A stretch of DNA of 63,483 nt from the NCBI GenBank assembly GCA_035221665.1, contig CM069132.1, positions 61,876,001 to 61,939,483 of the forward strand, given 5' to 3'. A program made the translations under genes and the position numbers. This stretch comes from Okamejei kenojei. Taxonomy: Eukaryota. Under the pieces are notes generated by a model, which saw only the letters and a list, made by a program, of their open reading frames with translations, ran no database searches and was not told the origin of the DNA. Shown here in pieces: positions 26,482 to 39,545 of the stretch (the first letter of the stretch is position 1; each line of letters opens with the position of its first letter).

Positions 26482-27206
26482 ATTGAGAAGTTGTTAGTAA
26501 TTGAATATTTATCGATTTTTCCATCGTGAAAAATTAAATATGCCGATTCTGCTGAGAATATAACAACAACATTGCTTATACGCAAAAATGTATAAACCAC
26601 ATTTTTATTTCTACAATATTCGGTAATGTATGGAGTTACTGCCACGATACTTTTGTATAGTCGCATTGAAATGTATTTCGCTTTCTTTGTTTCGGTACTT
26701 TCTCCAATTCGATCTGTGAAACAACGATGCTGCGTAAAATGCATCCACTGACTCCTGGTAATAAAAGAAAATAAGAATTTAACGTTATTGCTACACAAAC
26801 AATATCAGTGTTTTATTAGCGAATACACAATTTTATTAGATACTACAATACAAGCGGACTTAATATGCAGGACAGAGTATTATAATTTTAGTCAAATATA
26901 TGAACGTGCATCTAGAGCAACGCGGTCGCAATGTTCAAAGGGCAACAGTACGGAGAAACTAGAATTCCTGGGAAGTGGGGAAAGAAAGTACCAAATGTAA
27001 GTGGAAAAACAGTTTTGGCAATTTCCTGCTGCATATTATTTGGAAATTGATGTATGCAACTTTGAGAAGTGTCGGTGACCTTTGCACATTTTGACTTAAG
27101 TTAAGAGCGTATTTTTTTTTGTTTTTATTGAAGTAGGATTACTTGGACGAATTGCTGATTTTATTCCGTTGAATTCCATTAGTTTTTATTCCATTACCCC
27201 CTTCCT

Positions 27207-28200
27207 TTGACTCGTGTTTTCGTCGGAGAGCTGTTAGTTCCAATCTAAGCAAAATCGGTAGCGGTAACCTATTTTCAGCGAGCAATGTTTAAACTTCGAA
27301 AATATGACTGTTTTACACGTTATGTGTTATATATTCTATGCTCGACAATCCCATGCTATGTATTTCCCTAACTAATTTTAATTAAACTTATTTTTTTTAA
27401 TTTTTAAACAATCAACTGGCATTCCGTCGCACTGCTAAAATCGTTTACAGCTCGACTTCGGATTTATTTTAAATCACTTGTAACGTATGAAAAGTTTAGA
27501 AGACAAAGCCCTCCTTCACGCGTTTCGGAGATATTGACATTAGCACGCCGTTTCGTTTTAGGTATGTACAGGAAACATGGAGATTGCCGACAGCTTTATA
27601 GGCTGGAGGTATATTAACTAAAGATTGTTCTTTTAACGAGCGAGGGACGAATGCAGTCCAATAATCTCCCGACAAAACATCATCGCTGGTGGAAAGCCTT
27701 TCTGCATAAAACTACCACTGCCTCTAGCCGAAGAGACCCAGAGTTCAAAAGAAAATCGCAGTTAATAATATGAGCTTATACTTCCTTAAGGGTTTCAGAC
27801 GTAAATGCAGAAACATATTTTTTTGCAATAAGCCTTTACTTTAAACGTACCAGGTGCATCGTTGTGTATCTGCTGTAAATACAGTGGCCTGGGTTTCCTT
27901 GCCTACGTGTAACATCGAACAAATATAACTCTGAATCTTGTGCATTAAGGCAACAATTCCGCTAGGAAGTGACCAAAGCCAAAGTAGAGTAACTGTCGCA
28001 ATTGCAAGGAAACTGTTTTCGGAGACACCTTCCATGATCTACTGAGAGAAAGGAGACAGAGTAAAAAGTTGTAAAACAAAAGGAGGAAATGATGCCGGGT
28101 TCAATCCCCTGCGGGGATCTAGTCAGATTACCTAGCAACTCCAAGAGGTTTCCACGGAATAGCGGTAGCATTGAAACGGCAGAGGAAGTGCGGTAGTTTA
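27207..28200 (+). pseudogene. Highly degenerate paralog-group-8 Hox pseudogene (psi-HoxA8): exon 1 ~27207-27800, exon 2 from ~27960
   Basis: Colinear frameshifted remnants of Hox8 motifs: MSSYFV-like (27207-27224), YDC (27303), SHAMYFP (27349), HGD-ADSF-G (27576), VQ*-PD-K-SS (27656), EETQSS (27730), SL-FP followed by GTAAAT (27801). Homeobox remnants follow: RQTYS (27976), ELEKEFLF (28000), ERQVK/QNRRMKW (28053-28091). The 3' end is approximate. Confidence 0.7.
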
Positions 28201-29121
28201 CAAAATGAAGTTATGTATTTCAGTAAATCAATATACAAACATGACTGGATCTATAAAAAGATGGAGAGCTCCTAGCAGGAGCTGATTTCTCAGTGATGCC
28301 CCGCCCAATCCCCTTGCAGCAATACTGCGGTTTATACCTCTCCCATTTCTAGTCCTCACTAAAACCACGCAGATTATCCTGTAATCTAGAGATTAGATGA
28401 ACCCTAATCAGTAATTCAGTAAGGTTGCAGTACCACAGGTCCCCAGTCCCTACCTCATTCTCACCACCCTCCAGATTCGTACAGGATTTCATATTGCTGA
28501 AATAACAGCAAACTCGCGCAGGGGGTGTGAGGGACAATGGAAGAGCGCTTGTCTTTTAATTGAAACCATTTAATCGTTTTTTTAAAGCAAATTGCAGAAA
28601 GGACTTGCTAATGTTGATTCAAAGTGTCCATCGATAATTTTCTGTGCACGAATCTTGCTTCTTTCTATGGACAAACCAGCATGTCTGCTTTTTTTTGTAT
28701 CAAAGAAAACCTTTCATTACATTTCCAAATTCATCGTGCATCTCATATTCAAAAGCGTTGGGAACATACCTGCGCTGTGAAAATTTCCACATGCGTGTGG
28801 GGGATTGACTTGTCAAGAACTTGTTAGAAGATACTTACTTTTGGAAAGTTCCACAACCCATCCTTATTAATAATGTAATGTTTTATATGATTCTTGCATA
28901 ATTTATTTTGAAAATAGTCGAATAACATGATATTTACCACCTGTGATGTGAGATGCTATTGGGTGACGGGATCACATGGTCGGGTCACGTGAATAGAAAT
29001 AAGTCGGGCCGAAGGAAAATGGGTGTTTGGTGTAAATCGGGGGTGTAATGCTGCCATATATCACGCTATCTCGTAAAACCGACACTGAAGAGTCTCGGCC
29101 AACAAATCACCAGACAAAATT

Positions 29122-29515
29122 ATGAGTTCGTCGTATTATGTGAATGCTCTTTTTCCCAAATATACGGCGGGGACATCCGTTTTCCAGAACACGAGTGGCT
29201 TTACAGAAGCAACTTCTTGCGCCTTTGCTGCGAACTCACAAAGATCGAGCTATGGAGCGGGCGCGAGCGCCTTCCCAACCCCGATGGCCGGGCTGTACAA
29301 TGTTAACAGTGCAATCTATCACGGCCCTTCCATGTACAACACAGGTTATAACCTAAATTCAGATTCCTACAACCTGCGCTGCTCTGCCTTAGACCAGAAC
29401 ATTCCAGTACTTTGCAGCGACCTGAGCAAACAAGGTTGCGAAAAATTGGATCAGACAAACGTGCACCCTCAAGCAGAGAGCAATTTCCGGATTTACCCCT
29501 GGATGAGGAATGCAG
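29122..29515 (+). CDS. hoxa7: Homeobox protein Hox-A7, exon 1
   Basis: MSSSYYVNALFPKYTAGTSVFQN (A7-type N-terminus), hexapeptide NFRIYPWMR, donor GCAG|GTATGG at 29515/29516. Confidence 0.96.
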
Positions 29516-29659
29516 GTATGGGACATAAATGTAACATGGCTATGGGAGACGTGCAAACGGCCAGTTAAAAAGATGAGTGCCAGTACATCCTGAAAGTAGT
29601 TAAAGAGTTTTAATGATAGCTACGGAACAGTTCCTCAAACGCATGTGGCATTGTATGCA

Positions 29660-29715
29660 GATAGCAATCATAAAACTTTTATTGCACAATTAATCAGTAC
29701 AATCCTCGTAAAAGC
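29660..29715. promoter_or_regulatory. HB1-like homeodomain-binding cluster in the HoxA7 intron
   Basis: CAATCATAAAACTTTTATTGCACAATTAATC...CTCGTAAAA: dense Hox/Cdx core sites, as known for Hox7 and Hox4 introns. Confidence 0.6.
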
Positions 29716-30442
29716 ACTCGACATCCGCTCATTTAAAGTTAACAGCAAGGCACATATTGCTTATTTACTCACTTTTATCAACATCAAATAAGTTTTTTTA
29801 AACAGATACGCGGGAAACAATATACTCGGGTGAATGGGATGATATATTCCATGCCTAATGTAACTTAACACCTAAAACAACGTCGGGAAACTGAATATAT
29901 ATATATATTCAGTTTCCTTGAGACTATATATATATAGTCTCAAGGAAGATCCATTGACTTCTGTAAAGCTTCATCTCTTATATATGTTTTCGTAATTGAA
30001 TAGCATCATTTAGTATTATAATGCAAGTGGTCTGGCCAGTAAAGTGGATTTCTGTGATTCTGTTTGTATTGAACAAGTCAACTCTCGAAGCATCTTATCT
30101 GGAAGTTTTAGACTTAATTTACCTGTAATTTCTTGGTCGGGATTATTACGATCGCTGTCATCTGAGTGAAATGTGGAGAACTCTAACCTTATTTCACTCA
30201 AGATAAAGAACACTAATATTCAATGATAATACTTTAAGACCACAGAGGCCTTATTGAACCTTGTTAAATAATCTTGCTCTTTAAATACATGGTTGGAAGA
30301 AGTAATCGCTTCGATCCAGATTGCTCTTTTGCATCTTAAAACAATTCATCACTATTTAAAAATTCTGGTTAGCCATAGACAATTTTAAAAAGTTGTGAAA
30401 TAGACACAGGAAAGGTGGAGAAACCAATAATGAAGTGGCTAG

Positions 30443-30760
<318 letters not shown>

Positions 30761-30829
30761 AATGCCCGGCTAAAGCTTGAACTGTGCGAATGTGCAAAGC
30801 TGTTTACCACCAGCTAACAATGACATTTG

Positions 30830-31838
30830 ACTACCTAGTCACAATCGTGGACTATTAGAACGATGCAGTGCAGTGGCACTCATTATACTACCTATATGTT
30901 TCAATAATCTTCTGAAATAAATACTATCTTTACTTTCTCTGATTTGGTTTTAATAAAAAAAATGCAAAATCTTTATCGGCAATAGTAAAACAATTATTAG
31001 GAAATGGGTTCAGAATTAAAGTGAAAGCCAATGGATTTAGACCATTTTCCCGGTCGTCAAATATTTTCCCTAGCTAATTTGACGGTCTCTTGTTGCAATA
31101 AATGCATTAATGGGAATATAGTTCTTAATCCATGCACTCCACGTAAATAAGAGACTGGGATTCGACTCTGGGTCTCTAATACTGTAGCGATAAGAAAAAC
31201 ATGAGCCTAAAAAAACAAGCTGTAGCCATTGTTTTCTGTAACTCACTTACCACTATGTGATATAAGATATATCTCATGCACTGAGCCATTGATCAAACTT
31301 ATTTCATCCTCATTAATTCACATTCTGAACGCATTTAAAACATTTCTGTACATTGTTCACAAAATAAGAACGTTATGATTTTAGAAGTTTCTTTCAAATC
31401 CAATGAAAAACCTCCGAGCCAGCCTATCACCTATTATTAGTAATGATAGAAGACTAAGTCATGAGTAAAATACTTTATTTTTGCTCAATTCCTCATTTTT
31501 TATCCACATTCTTCATTGTGTTTTGAGTATGTCTTTTATTTCATATATGTATCGTCCCAATAAGGATATAAAGCAATGTTCTGTTTTCACTTGGCAAATA
31601 AATGTAACTACCTAAACCACAATAGTGGACATCTTGCACGTTTATGGAAACTACCTAAATGTTTTAATTTAAAATTCGTTTCTAGACAGAGAATGTTGTT
31701 CTGGGGGCTTGAATTCCCGCCCTTCTTATAACAGCACCATAATATGAGAGTAAAATAGTGAAATATATTCCGATGTGTGTATTTTAATGAGGTGCGTATG
31801 TAGTCACTTTATTACAGGAAAATAGTGAATACTACCTA
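30830..31838 (+). promoter_or_regulatory. Five miR-196 8mer target sites (ACTACCTA) in the HoxA7 3' UTR
   Basis: Sites start at 30830, 30887, 31607, 31650 and 31831; distal AATAAA at 31991-31996. Confidence 0.85.
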
Positions 31839-33239
31839 GAGATACCCGTTTACGTTTAACGCGAATGGAATCCTTTCGCAATACGCTTCAATACTATGCT
31901 GTAAAAAGTAAAATAGTTGTATTAGGAGGGAGAAATTGCATTATTACTTTTTGATGGATGTCATTAAAATATATACCTGCTAAAGATTTCAATAAACCAT
32001 GTGCTATTGAATGATGTAATCGTGTTTCCTCGAGTGTTGTATCAGTTGTCTTAGACATGTGCACTGTTTAAATTATATAAAAACATGTAATAACCAAATG
32101 TAATAATAGAAAACCTGAACTGCATTGTCAACTGAATATATTGTGGTTCCATATTCGGTGTGGTATCTGTCAATCGAAAGTTTGCTTTGTAATCTGTGTA
32201 TGTGTTGTTCAATAATAACCAATGTTAACGGTTTAAGGTGCAATCTATTTAAAATATATATATTCGTTCTCGACATGTATACTTTGAATGGAAACAATGT
32301 AAGAAAACAAACGTCAAAAAAACATTAAACGGTGCTTAAATAAATATGGTTTTGATTTCTTGTCGAATCCAAACACCTCCCACCAAATGAGTGGGTATAT
32401 GATTCGGATAAATGCTTGGGTTAAATAATTACTGACAGGAATTGAATATAAACTGTCAGAAATCTTACACATAATCCCGACACACCGTACCCCCTCATAT
32501 CCAAGTAATCTGATTTTAATGACATAAAATGAAACAAAGCTTTTAAACTTTAATTTAACCCCATGTAAGGAAAATAGATTATTAAAACTGCGTGAGTGTG
32601 ATTTTAATTGGCCAGATATTTTTCTGAGCATGACAATATTGAGTCGAGATGCGTTCGAGTTGGGGAGGAATCTGGGCAAAAGTTACACTTGAGTAATTAG
32701 CGTCCGATTCCAAATCGTGCCCATTTATCAATTTGCGAGCACGGTAAGAAAAGTTTTGAAAAGGGACATAATGTTATATTCGGCCTCAATATAAAATAGA
32801 AAAAAAGAAGTGGGGAGAAGAGCCCAGTGCACTGTCATCGCCGATCTTTGAACGAATATGCGGGCAAGTGCATCTTAATATGTAATGGATGCAGTGCGGC
32901 AGTAGAACCTGAAGCTGAATCATATATTATAAGCGAGGACATATTCATTTTCCAATTGCAGCATTTTTAAGAAATGGTAAACTGGAAAGAAAATATGGAT
33001 AGAAAGCTGCGATTAAACGTAACATCGTCTTGATACGGTTAAATAACAGTATGTGTGTAGAAATAGGACTGACCAGTTTTTTAAAAAGCTAAAAATTGCA
33101 GATGGATATTATGATCATGATAACTCGTCTTCCGAAACTGAAAAAAATATAGTTAAACTGTGGAAAAAATCTTTTATAATTTCGCAATTTTAACTTGTCT
33201 CTTTGTTAAAAATGGCGTCTAGGACCTGCCTCCTAATAG

Positions 33240-33400
33240 TCATGGGGAAATGTCATAAATCCGTTGTTGTTTTATGAAAATTTACAACTTTGCAATAGAA
33301 CTTTACGAGTTGTTCGGTTTTTCCATTGGCCGCTGAAAGTCATGTGGAGAGTAACCGTGAACATGAACTTTTTATAATTTCCCTTGCGACTATAGAGCTG
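33240..33400 (+). promoter_or_regulatory. Conserved Hox7/8-Hox6 intergenic element ('four-cluster' type), probable distal promoter
   Basis: GTCATAAATCCGTTGTTGTTTTATGAAAATTTACAACTTTGCAATAGAACTTTACGAG...CCATTGGCC...GTCATGTG...TTTTTATAATTTCC: Hox/Cdx sites, reverse CCAAT, E-box and TATA-like motif in promoter order. Confidence 0.75.
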
Positions 33401-36400
33401 CATTCTTGTGCTAAACGCGTCTTGGTTCGGATGTGAGAGCTTGGAGGCTTTTTTTTCGCCGCATATTTTGTTCTTTTTTCCCCTTCCCAGCGCACTGATT
33501 ATTGCCCATGGAGCCTCAATACATCCAAGCTTTCAGCACAGATCTCATGGCTGGCAACCACGAATTCCTCCACAGAAGGTGGAGCATTGGACTAAAAAGC
33601 GCCGGCTGCTATCCGCAAGACAGTTTCCTGCAAGTCGTCACTAAACGCCGCTGGCGGAATGCGAGAGCCATTGGCCTGGGCTGGAGCTGAACGGACAGCT
33701 GTCAAACTAACACGGACTCTACAAACACTCTCTCTGGGGCTGACCTAACCCTGCGCACGGCCTGAGCAGAGCCCGGGAAAGCCAGCCCGAGAGATCGATT
33801 CAGCGGCAAGGTAGGGCTCATTCGTCATCGGTCACTTTGTAATTCCGAAAAATATATATTTTTAAGATATTATGCTAAAACCTACTTTCTAAGATTATTT
33901 AATTTGTCAAAGTTATAGTATATGATGTAAAAATGACAACAATCTTCGAAATATCTAATTTCAAATATCCATTGGATATGCACTCAAAAACACTATTTGA
34001 GTGTTGTCAGTGGCTTCTTTTATGGTTTGGAATTGCGAAATATGCTTGTTTTTTAATGAGTGTGAATAATACGCGGTACCTTCTGGTTGATCTGATCGAC
34101 AACCGGCTTATGGATTCAAAGTGTTTGGAGAAAAGGGGTAGCAAATATTAAAAAGTGAAATGTCTTGCCTGATCGACATTGCTTTGAAGAAGAATTCTGT
34201 GTCATTTTAACAAGTGCTGTTGCACATTTTATAGGACGAGAAAATTCACCCACAAGTTTAAAATTAATAAGATGCCGGTTGCAGCGATGGTGACGGGTTT
34301 CTTTCATCAATCAACTGATTATTTATTATGAATCGCCTTTTCTAACATTACATAATTTGAGTTTTAAATGATATATATTTAAATAAATGTCTATTGTGTA
34401 TTTGAAAATTATCTGATAACAGTTTATGATAACATGAGCATTCTTTGCCGCCGTTCACTTCGAGGGTCCATCCGCAATTGTTAGCGGTTTATTCCTATGT
34501 TGAACATGAATGGGAATAAAACCCCCAAAGACATCTTATTTCGTGTGTGAGCACACAAACGTGTCTGTTATTGTTGGAGCTTAGCATGGCGGTTGTCTTT
34601 CTGGCACTGAAACAGTGTTGTCTGACTTAAAATGTGAAAATGTGTGGTTATTGATGTTTGCTATCAGTTGTGGACTCGATACTGCCATCGTGTGTTTGGA
34701 GTGCGAATAAACCAGCACAGCGTCCCTTTCTGGTCATATGTTGCTGATTAAATGGTTGAGTTCAGCTCTCAAATTAACCGTTATATAAGTTGTTTTGTGG
34801 ACTCGTCCAGTAATCATCATTTTGCTTACCTTATACCTGAATGTTTCGAGTTTGATTAAAGTGCGGAGTGCAGCTTATTTACTGTTACTGTTTTACTGTT
34901 TTACTGTTTTAAATGTTAAAGGTCTTCAAGAATGGGCGTTTAATTGCGCGCAGAATAATAACACCCACCCCTGTGAAGTGCATGTTTGGATCATGTAAAG
35001 ATTTTGAATATTTGTACATCTGCAAAACACGCCCACTTTAGATATTGATCTATTTTTTTAAATCTTACGCGCAACTTATATGAAACGTAGCAGGTGATAT
35101 GTTTTAGAAATGCTAAATGAAAGATCTCAGGAGTTTCTGATTATTGAAAACTGAGATAAATAGATTCGTTTGCTCGAAATTCATGCAACCCTAAATTATA
35201 GTCCTAAATTGAATAATAATATGTGATTAACGTGGGAAAAATAGCGTTTTTGATACCGATAGGAGAGCGAAAGAAGCGTTAATAAGAATTTAGCGAAGAC
35301 TTAAATTAACCCGTGCTTTAAAAATAAGTTAAAAAGCAGTGTTTGTTCGAATTAACCTAGGTTTCAGTGGACAGATAAGATTTGTTTTTAATACTGCATA
35401 GATAGTTTAGTTAACATACACTACACATATCCAGAGGCTGCAAATACTACAATCACCATTAAAATGCTTCCGAGGTACGATGCGTTTTTGGAAAGTGTTG
35501 CAATTGTCAGAAAATAATTAGGAGATTATAGTACCTCATGTTCTAATTAAATCTTATAAAAATGAAAATGTTAACAAGCAATGGGCATAGCAAGAAGTAA
35601 TATAACATGCCAGGTAGGTTTCCATCTTGAATCACGGCCTCGAATTTCAGAGTTTCAGAAGCGGCGTTATTTTATTTTGAAAAAAATACGATACGTGGTT
35701 TAATGTGTGTTTAAATTATAGTATATTACAAAATATCTATTAGGCAGGACACTGATTATAACATTTTAAGTTAATTATTAGCACCAAACTAAGGCTCTAG
35801 ATATATTTAATAGGCCACGATAAACGAAAGGTATTTATGACTGGAATTGCATCTGCCGCAACTGTTTAGGCTGGACCAACCATAATTACCTCCAAAACGA
35901 AAAGACTTAGCCAAAATTCCCCTCTCATTAACTAGATGATAAAATCTAATTTACATATTTGCGTGGTTGGCAGTAATCAAACTTTGATTTTAAGAATGGA
36001 CTGACATTCTTTTACTTCAAAGGTGCGAAAATTCCGAGAATTAAATTCTAGATTCAACGGGATCGCAGTATGTTATTTAATGTTATTATTGGGAAGGTTT
36101 TGCTGTTTGCAAAAAAAAGTGCTAATACCTCAACGGAGAGAATAAATCAGAATCGTAAAATTTTAACCTTTCCCAGTCCAATTACCATCTATTTGTAAGT
36201 TACAATACAAGAAAAAATAATCGGGGCTGTATTTTCCAGATGATGCAAGCAAATTAAAAAACAAATATTCGAAAAGTGCAGTACAGTATGCACATTGATT
36301 TACATTGTGTTCGTCCACAAACATAGATTATTACTGTTTAATACATGTTCTGAGTTTTTCAGTTGAGATTTACCCCATTCTGTATTCATACTCTCATTAT

Positions 36401-38653
36401 GTTGCCTGGTTTTATCCAGTTTCCTAAGAAATAGTATTACAATTCTTCACAAGCAGCAATTGTGAAGTGGTTATTAACTATATTACCTAATAGAAAATAA
36501 TGGGCATAAATTACATTTTACCCTTTTATCCTTTGCCAACATGTAAAAATAATCCCATTTAAGTGTACAATGAGAGTTGTGGGATGGGAGGAGTTGGGGG
36601 AGGGGGGGGGGGGGGGGTGGGAAAGGGGTGCTTCGAAATCCTGCACTGATGCTTGAAGCACGAATTAACAAAAGCTTAAAATGATATCTAAAATAAATCA
36701 TAAACAGAAAAGATCAAACGTGGACGAGATAATTTCAAATTTATTAAAATCGCATGTACATTTGCAAGAGCAGGCACATGAAGAATTACAACACAAGGTA
36801 TGATACTACAGCAGTAACTGAGGAAAGCGGCAAGCGTCGGCCTTTCATTTAGAGGATTCGAACTAGCGTGGTCTTGCACATTTCCCTCCACACTCGTGTT
36901 GCATTTATACTCACACCTCCAACAGCTACAGATTTTGATTTCGGTAGTCATTCCATTTTTAGCCGGTCTATATTTAAGGGAAAACAGGCACATATAAGCT
37001 TTCAGAGCTGAACATTAATTATTCGAGGTATTTTAGCAACTTGCGGTAAATGTAATAGTATCCTTCCCTAAAAGATTTATTTTTATGACTTAAAGATTCA
37101 AAATTGTCCGATTACTAAACAACCGCGTTTATCACTCGCCGTAACTTGCAATCATTGTCCTAAATTTGCTTTGTTTCTTGTTCAGGGACTGCAACTGTAT
37201 TTACCACAACACTTACATTATCCTTATGTACAATATATGAACCCATACTTTGTATATAGGTACTGTTTACACCAGCTCAGATGTTTCGATCTCTATGTTA
37301 CTATTGTTGTCAAGAACAGGAATCTAACGAGATAATGAGATGTTTAGTAAGGAGCCCTTGGCTTCCGTCCTTTCACTGCGATCTGATGCCGCGCTCAAGG
37401 CGCAGTAAGTGCTCTGTTATTCCAAAACACAAATGACTCCATCGAGATGTTCAAAAATGCCTAATTATTGCAAAGAAACACTCCACTATTTTATGGTCGA
37501 TAAAACCTTAACAGCGTGCAATTATGGAAAATCGAAGTTGGGATTTGGGGAGTATTAGCAAATTTCAATCGCGTGCAATTAAAATTACATTCTGATGGGA
37601 AGGAGGCCATATGCAGACATATCAACTATAAAACCCAGCTTTTGTATGTTTGCAGGTCGGTTGGACGTTTGAATAATCTCCGTGAACGTTTTGTTAAATA
37701 CTTTCCCCCAGAAGTACTGTAGTGTTTATATACCAAATGCACATGTAGATGCATGCACGCTTTAATGAAGAGCGCTGATGCAATAACAATCACTCCCACA
37801 CACAATTACTGTGAAATCTTTCAAAGCTGAGATATGGCGTTGTGCTCTTCTGTTGGGATTTTCTTTACAGGAATATCAAAATTAAATCTATAAATCATCT
37901 TCCTGAATACATACTCTTGTTGCTATGTTCTTTCCTTATTTTTACCAGGGTGAATTTTCTAAACGCACAAATCAGACTTGGTGGTGAGCATCTCAGGACT
38001 TGTAGACGCTGTTGTTCTTTACCGTATTTAAAATAGTTATAGAAACAATATTCCATGGACTGATTTCTGATGTTTCCCAAGTAGTCTCACAAGCTACCAT
38101 GAAGGGATATTGTGTTTGTATAAAGAAAATTTCAAATGAAGAAATACATGAAAAGAATTAACCTAATCTTACAACAGTAATTTAACCATGTGTATTTTCA
38201 TATAAAACACATCTACTGAAATAATAATGTGTTACTCTATTTCTTATTTTCTATCATCTGTCTTCTAATCACTGGTGATCCAGCTATTGTCGAATACGTA
38301 ATGCAGAGTCATATTTCCATGTGTTAGGCTATATGAAATATGTATGCATAGTTATACCCTGTAACCTAATAGGGTTCTCATTGGGCCACTAATATTCTAT
38401 TAGAACCACCTCTGTTATAGTTCAGAACTGATTTGGTTGTTTGTAACTTTGCTAGCTCAGTCGTCGGATCTCCAGGGAGTTTTTTGAACTAAAGTCGTTT
38501 TCTATTGGCTAGACACTGATCAGCTGGTTATATTTGCTGCTGTCGCTTTGGCGCTCGGCCATCCTGAAACAAACCACCTCGATGACTACTAATAGCTAAA
38601 CCACATTGTGTACTAATACATAACAAATCATATTACTACAGAGTGTGGAGCAA

Positions 38654-39083
38654 ATGAGTTCGTATTTTGTGAACCCTACTTTCCCTGTTTCACTGCCCAG
38701 TGGCCAGGACTCATTCCTCGGACAGATCCCACTCTATACAACGGGCTATGATGCTCTAAGGCACTTTCCAGCTTCCTATGGGGCAACCACCCTCCAGGAC
38801 AAGAGTTACTCGTCACCTTGTTATTATCAACAATCTAATTCAGTAATAGCTTGCAATCGAGCGTCGTATGACTATGGAGCTTCTTGTTTCTATCCTGAAA
38901 AGGATCTAGCCAGTATTTCGCCATCCGGTAGTGGAAAGCATAGACCCCAGGATGACTTCTTTTCCTCAGACCAACATTACAAAACAGATTGTGCGCAAAA
39001 CAAAATTTTAAGTGAAGAAGGAAACGACCGGAAGTACAGTACTCCAATTTATCCTTGGATGCAACGAATGAATTCAAGTTCTA
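38654..39083 (+). CDS. hoxa6: Homeobox protein Hox-A6, exon 1
   Basis: ATG at 38654: [28 protein letters not shown]...[12 protein letters not shown]...[10 protein letters not shown] (PG6 hexapeptide). Donor CTA|GTGAGT at 39083/39084. Confidence 0.96.
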
Positions 39084-39218
39084 GTGAGTATATTTTGGTA
39101 GAATACAATGTAAAAGAAAAAAAACTTTACATATGACTCTTAATTTCAACTTTACGAATAGAATGCTACGTATGTTAATTACAATGTTTAAATGGAGTCG
39201 AATCGGATAAATGGATAA

Positions 39219-39545
<327 letters not shown>

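Noticed and set aside
26015-26798. Long ORFs spanning the N run (also those at 2937-3264, 41136-41548 and 46282-46702)
   Set aside because: Artefacts of assembly gaps, which contain no stop codons.
27560-27700. Alternative reading of this segment as a decayed homeobox (RQLYR..LT..)
   Set aside because: It fits Hox8 exon-1 motifs (HGD, VQYPDCK) better, and a clearer homeobox remnant lies at 27976-28091.
38353-38375. TATACCCTGTAACC resembling the start of miR-10
   Set aside because: Only ~11 nt match, no complementary star arm, and it lies upstream of HoxA6 rather than Hox4.
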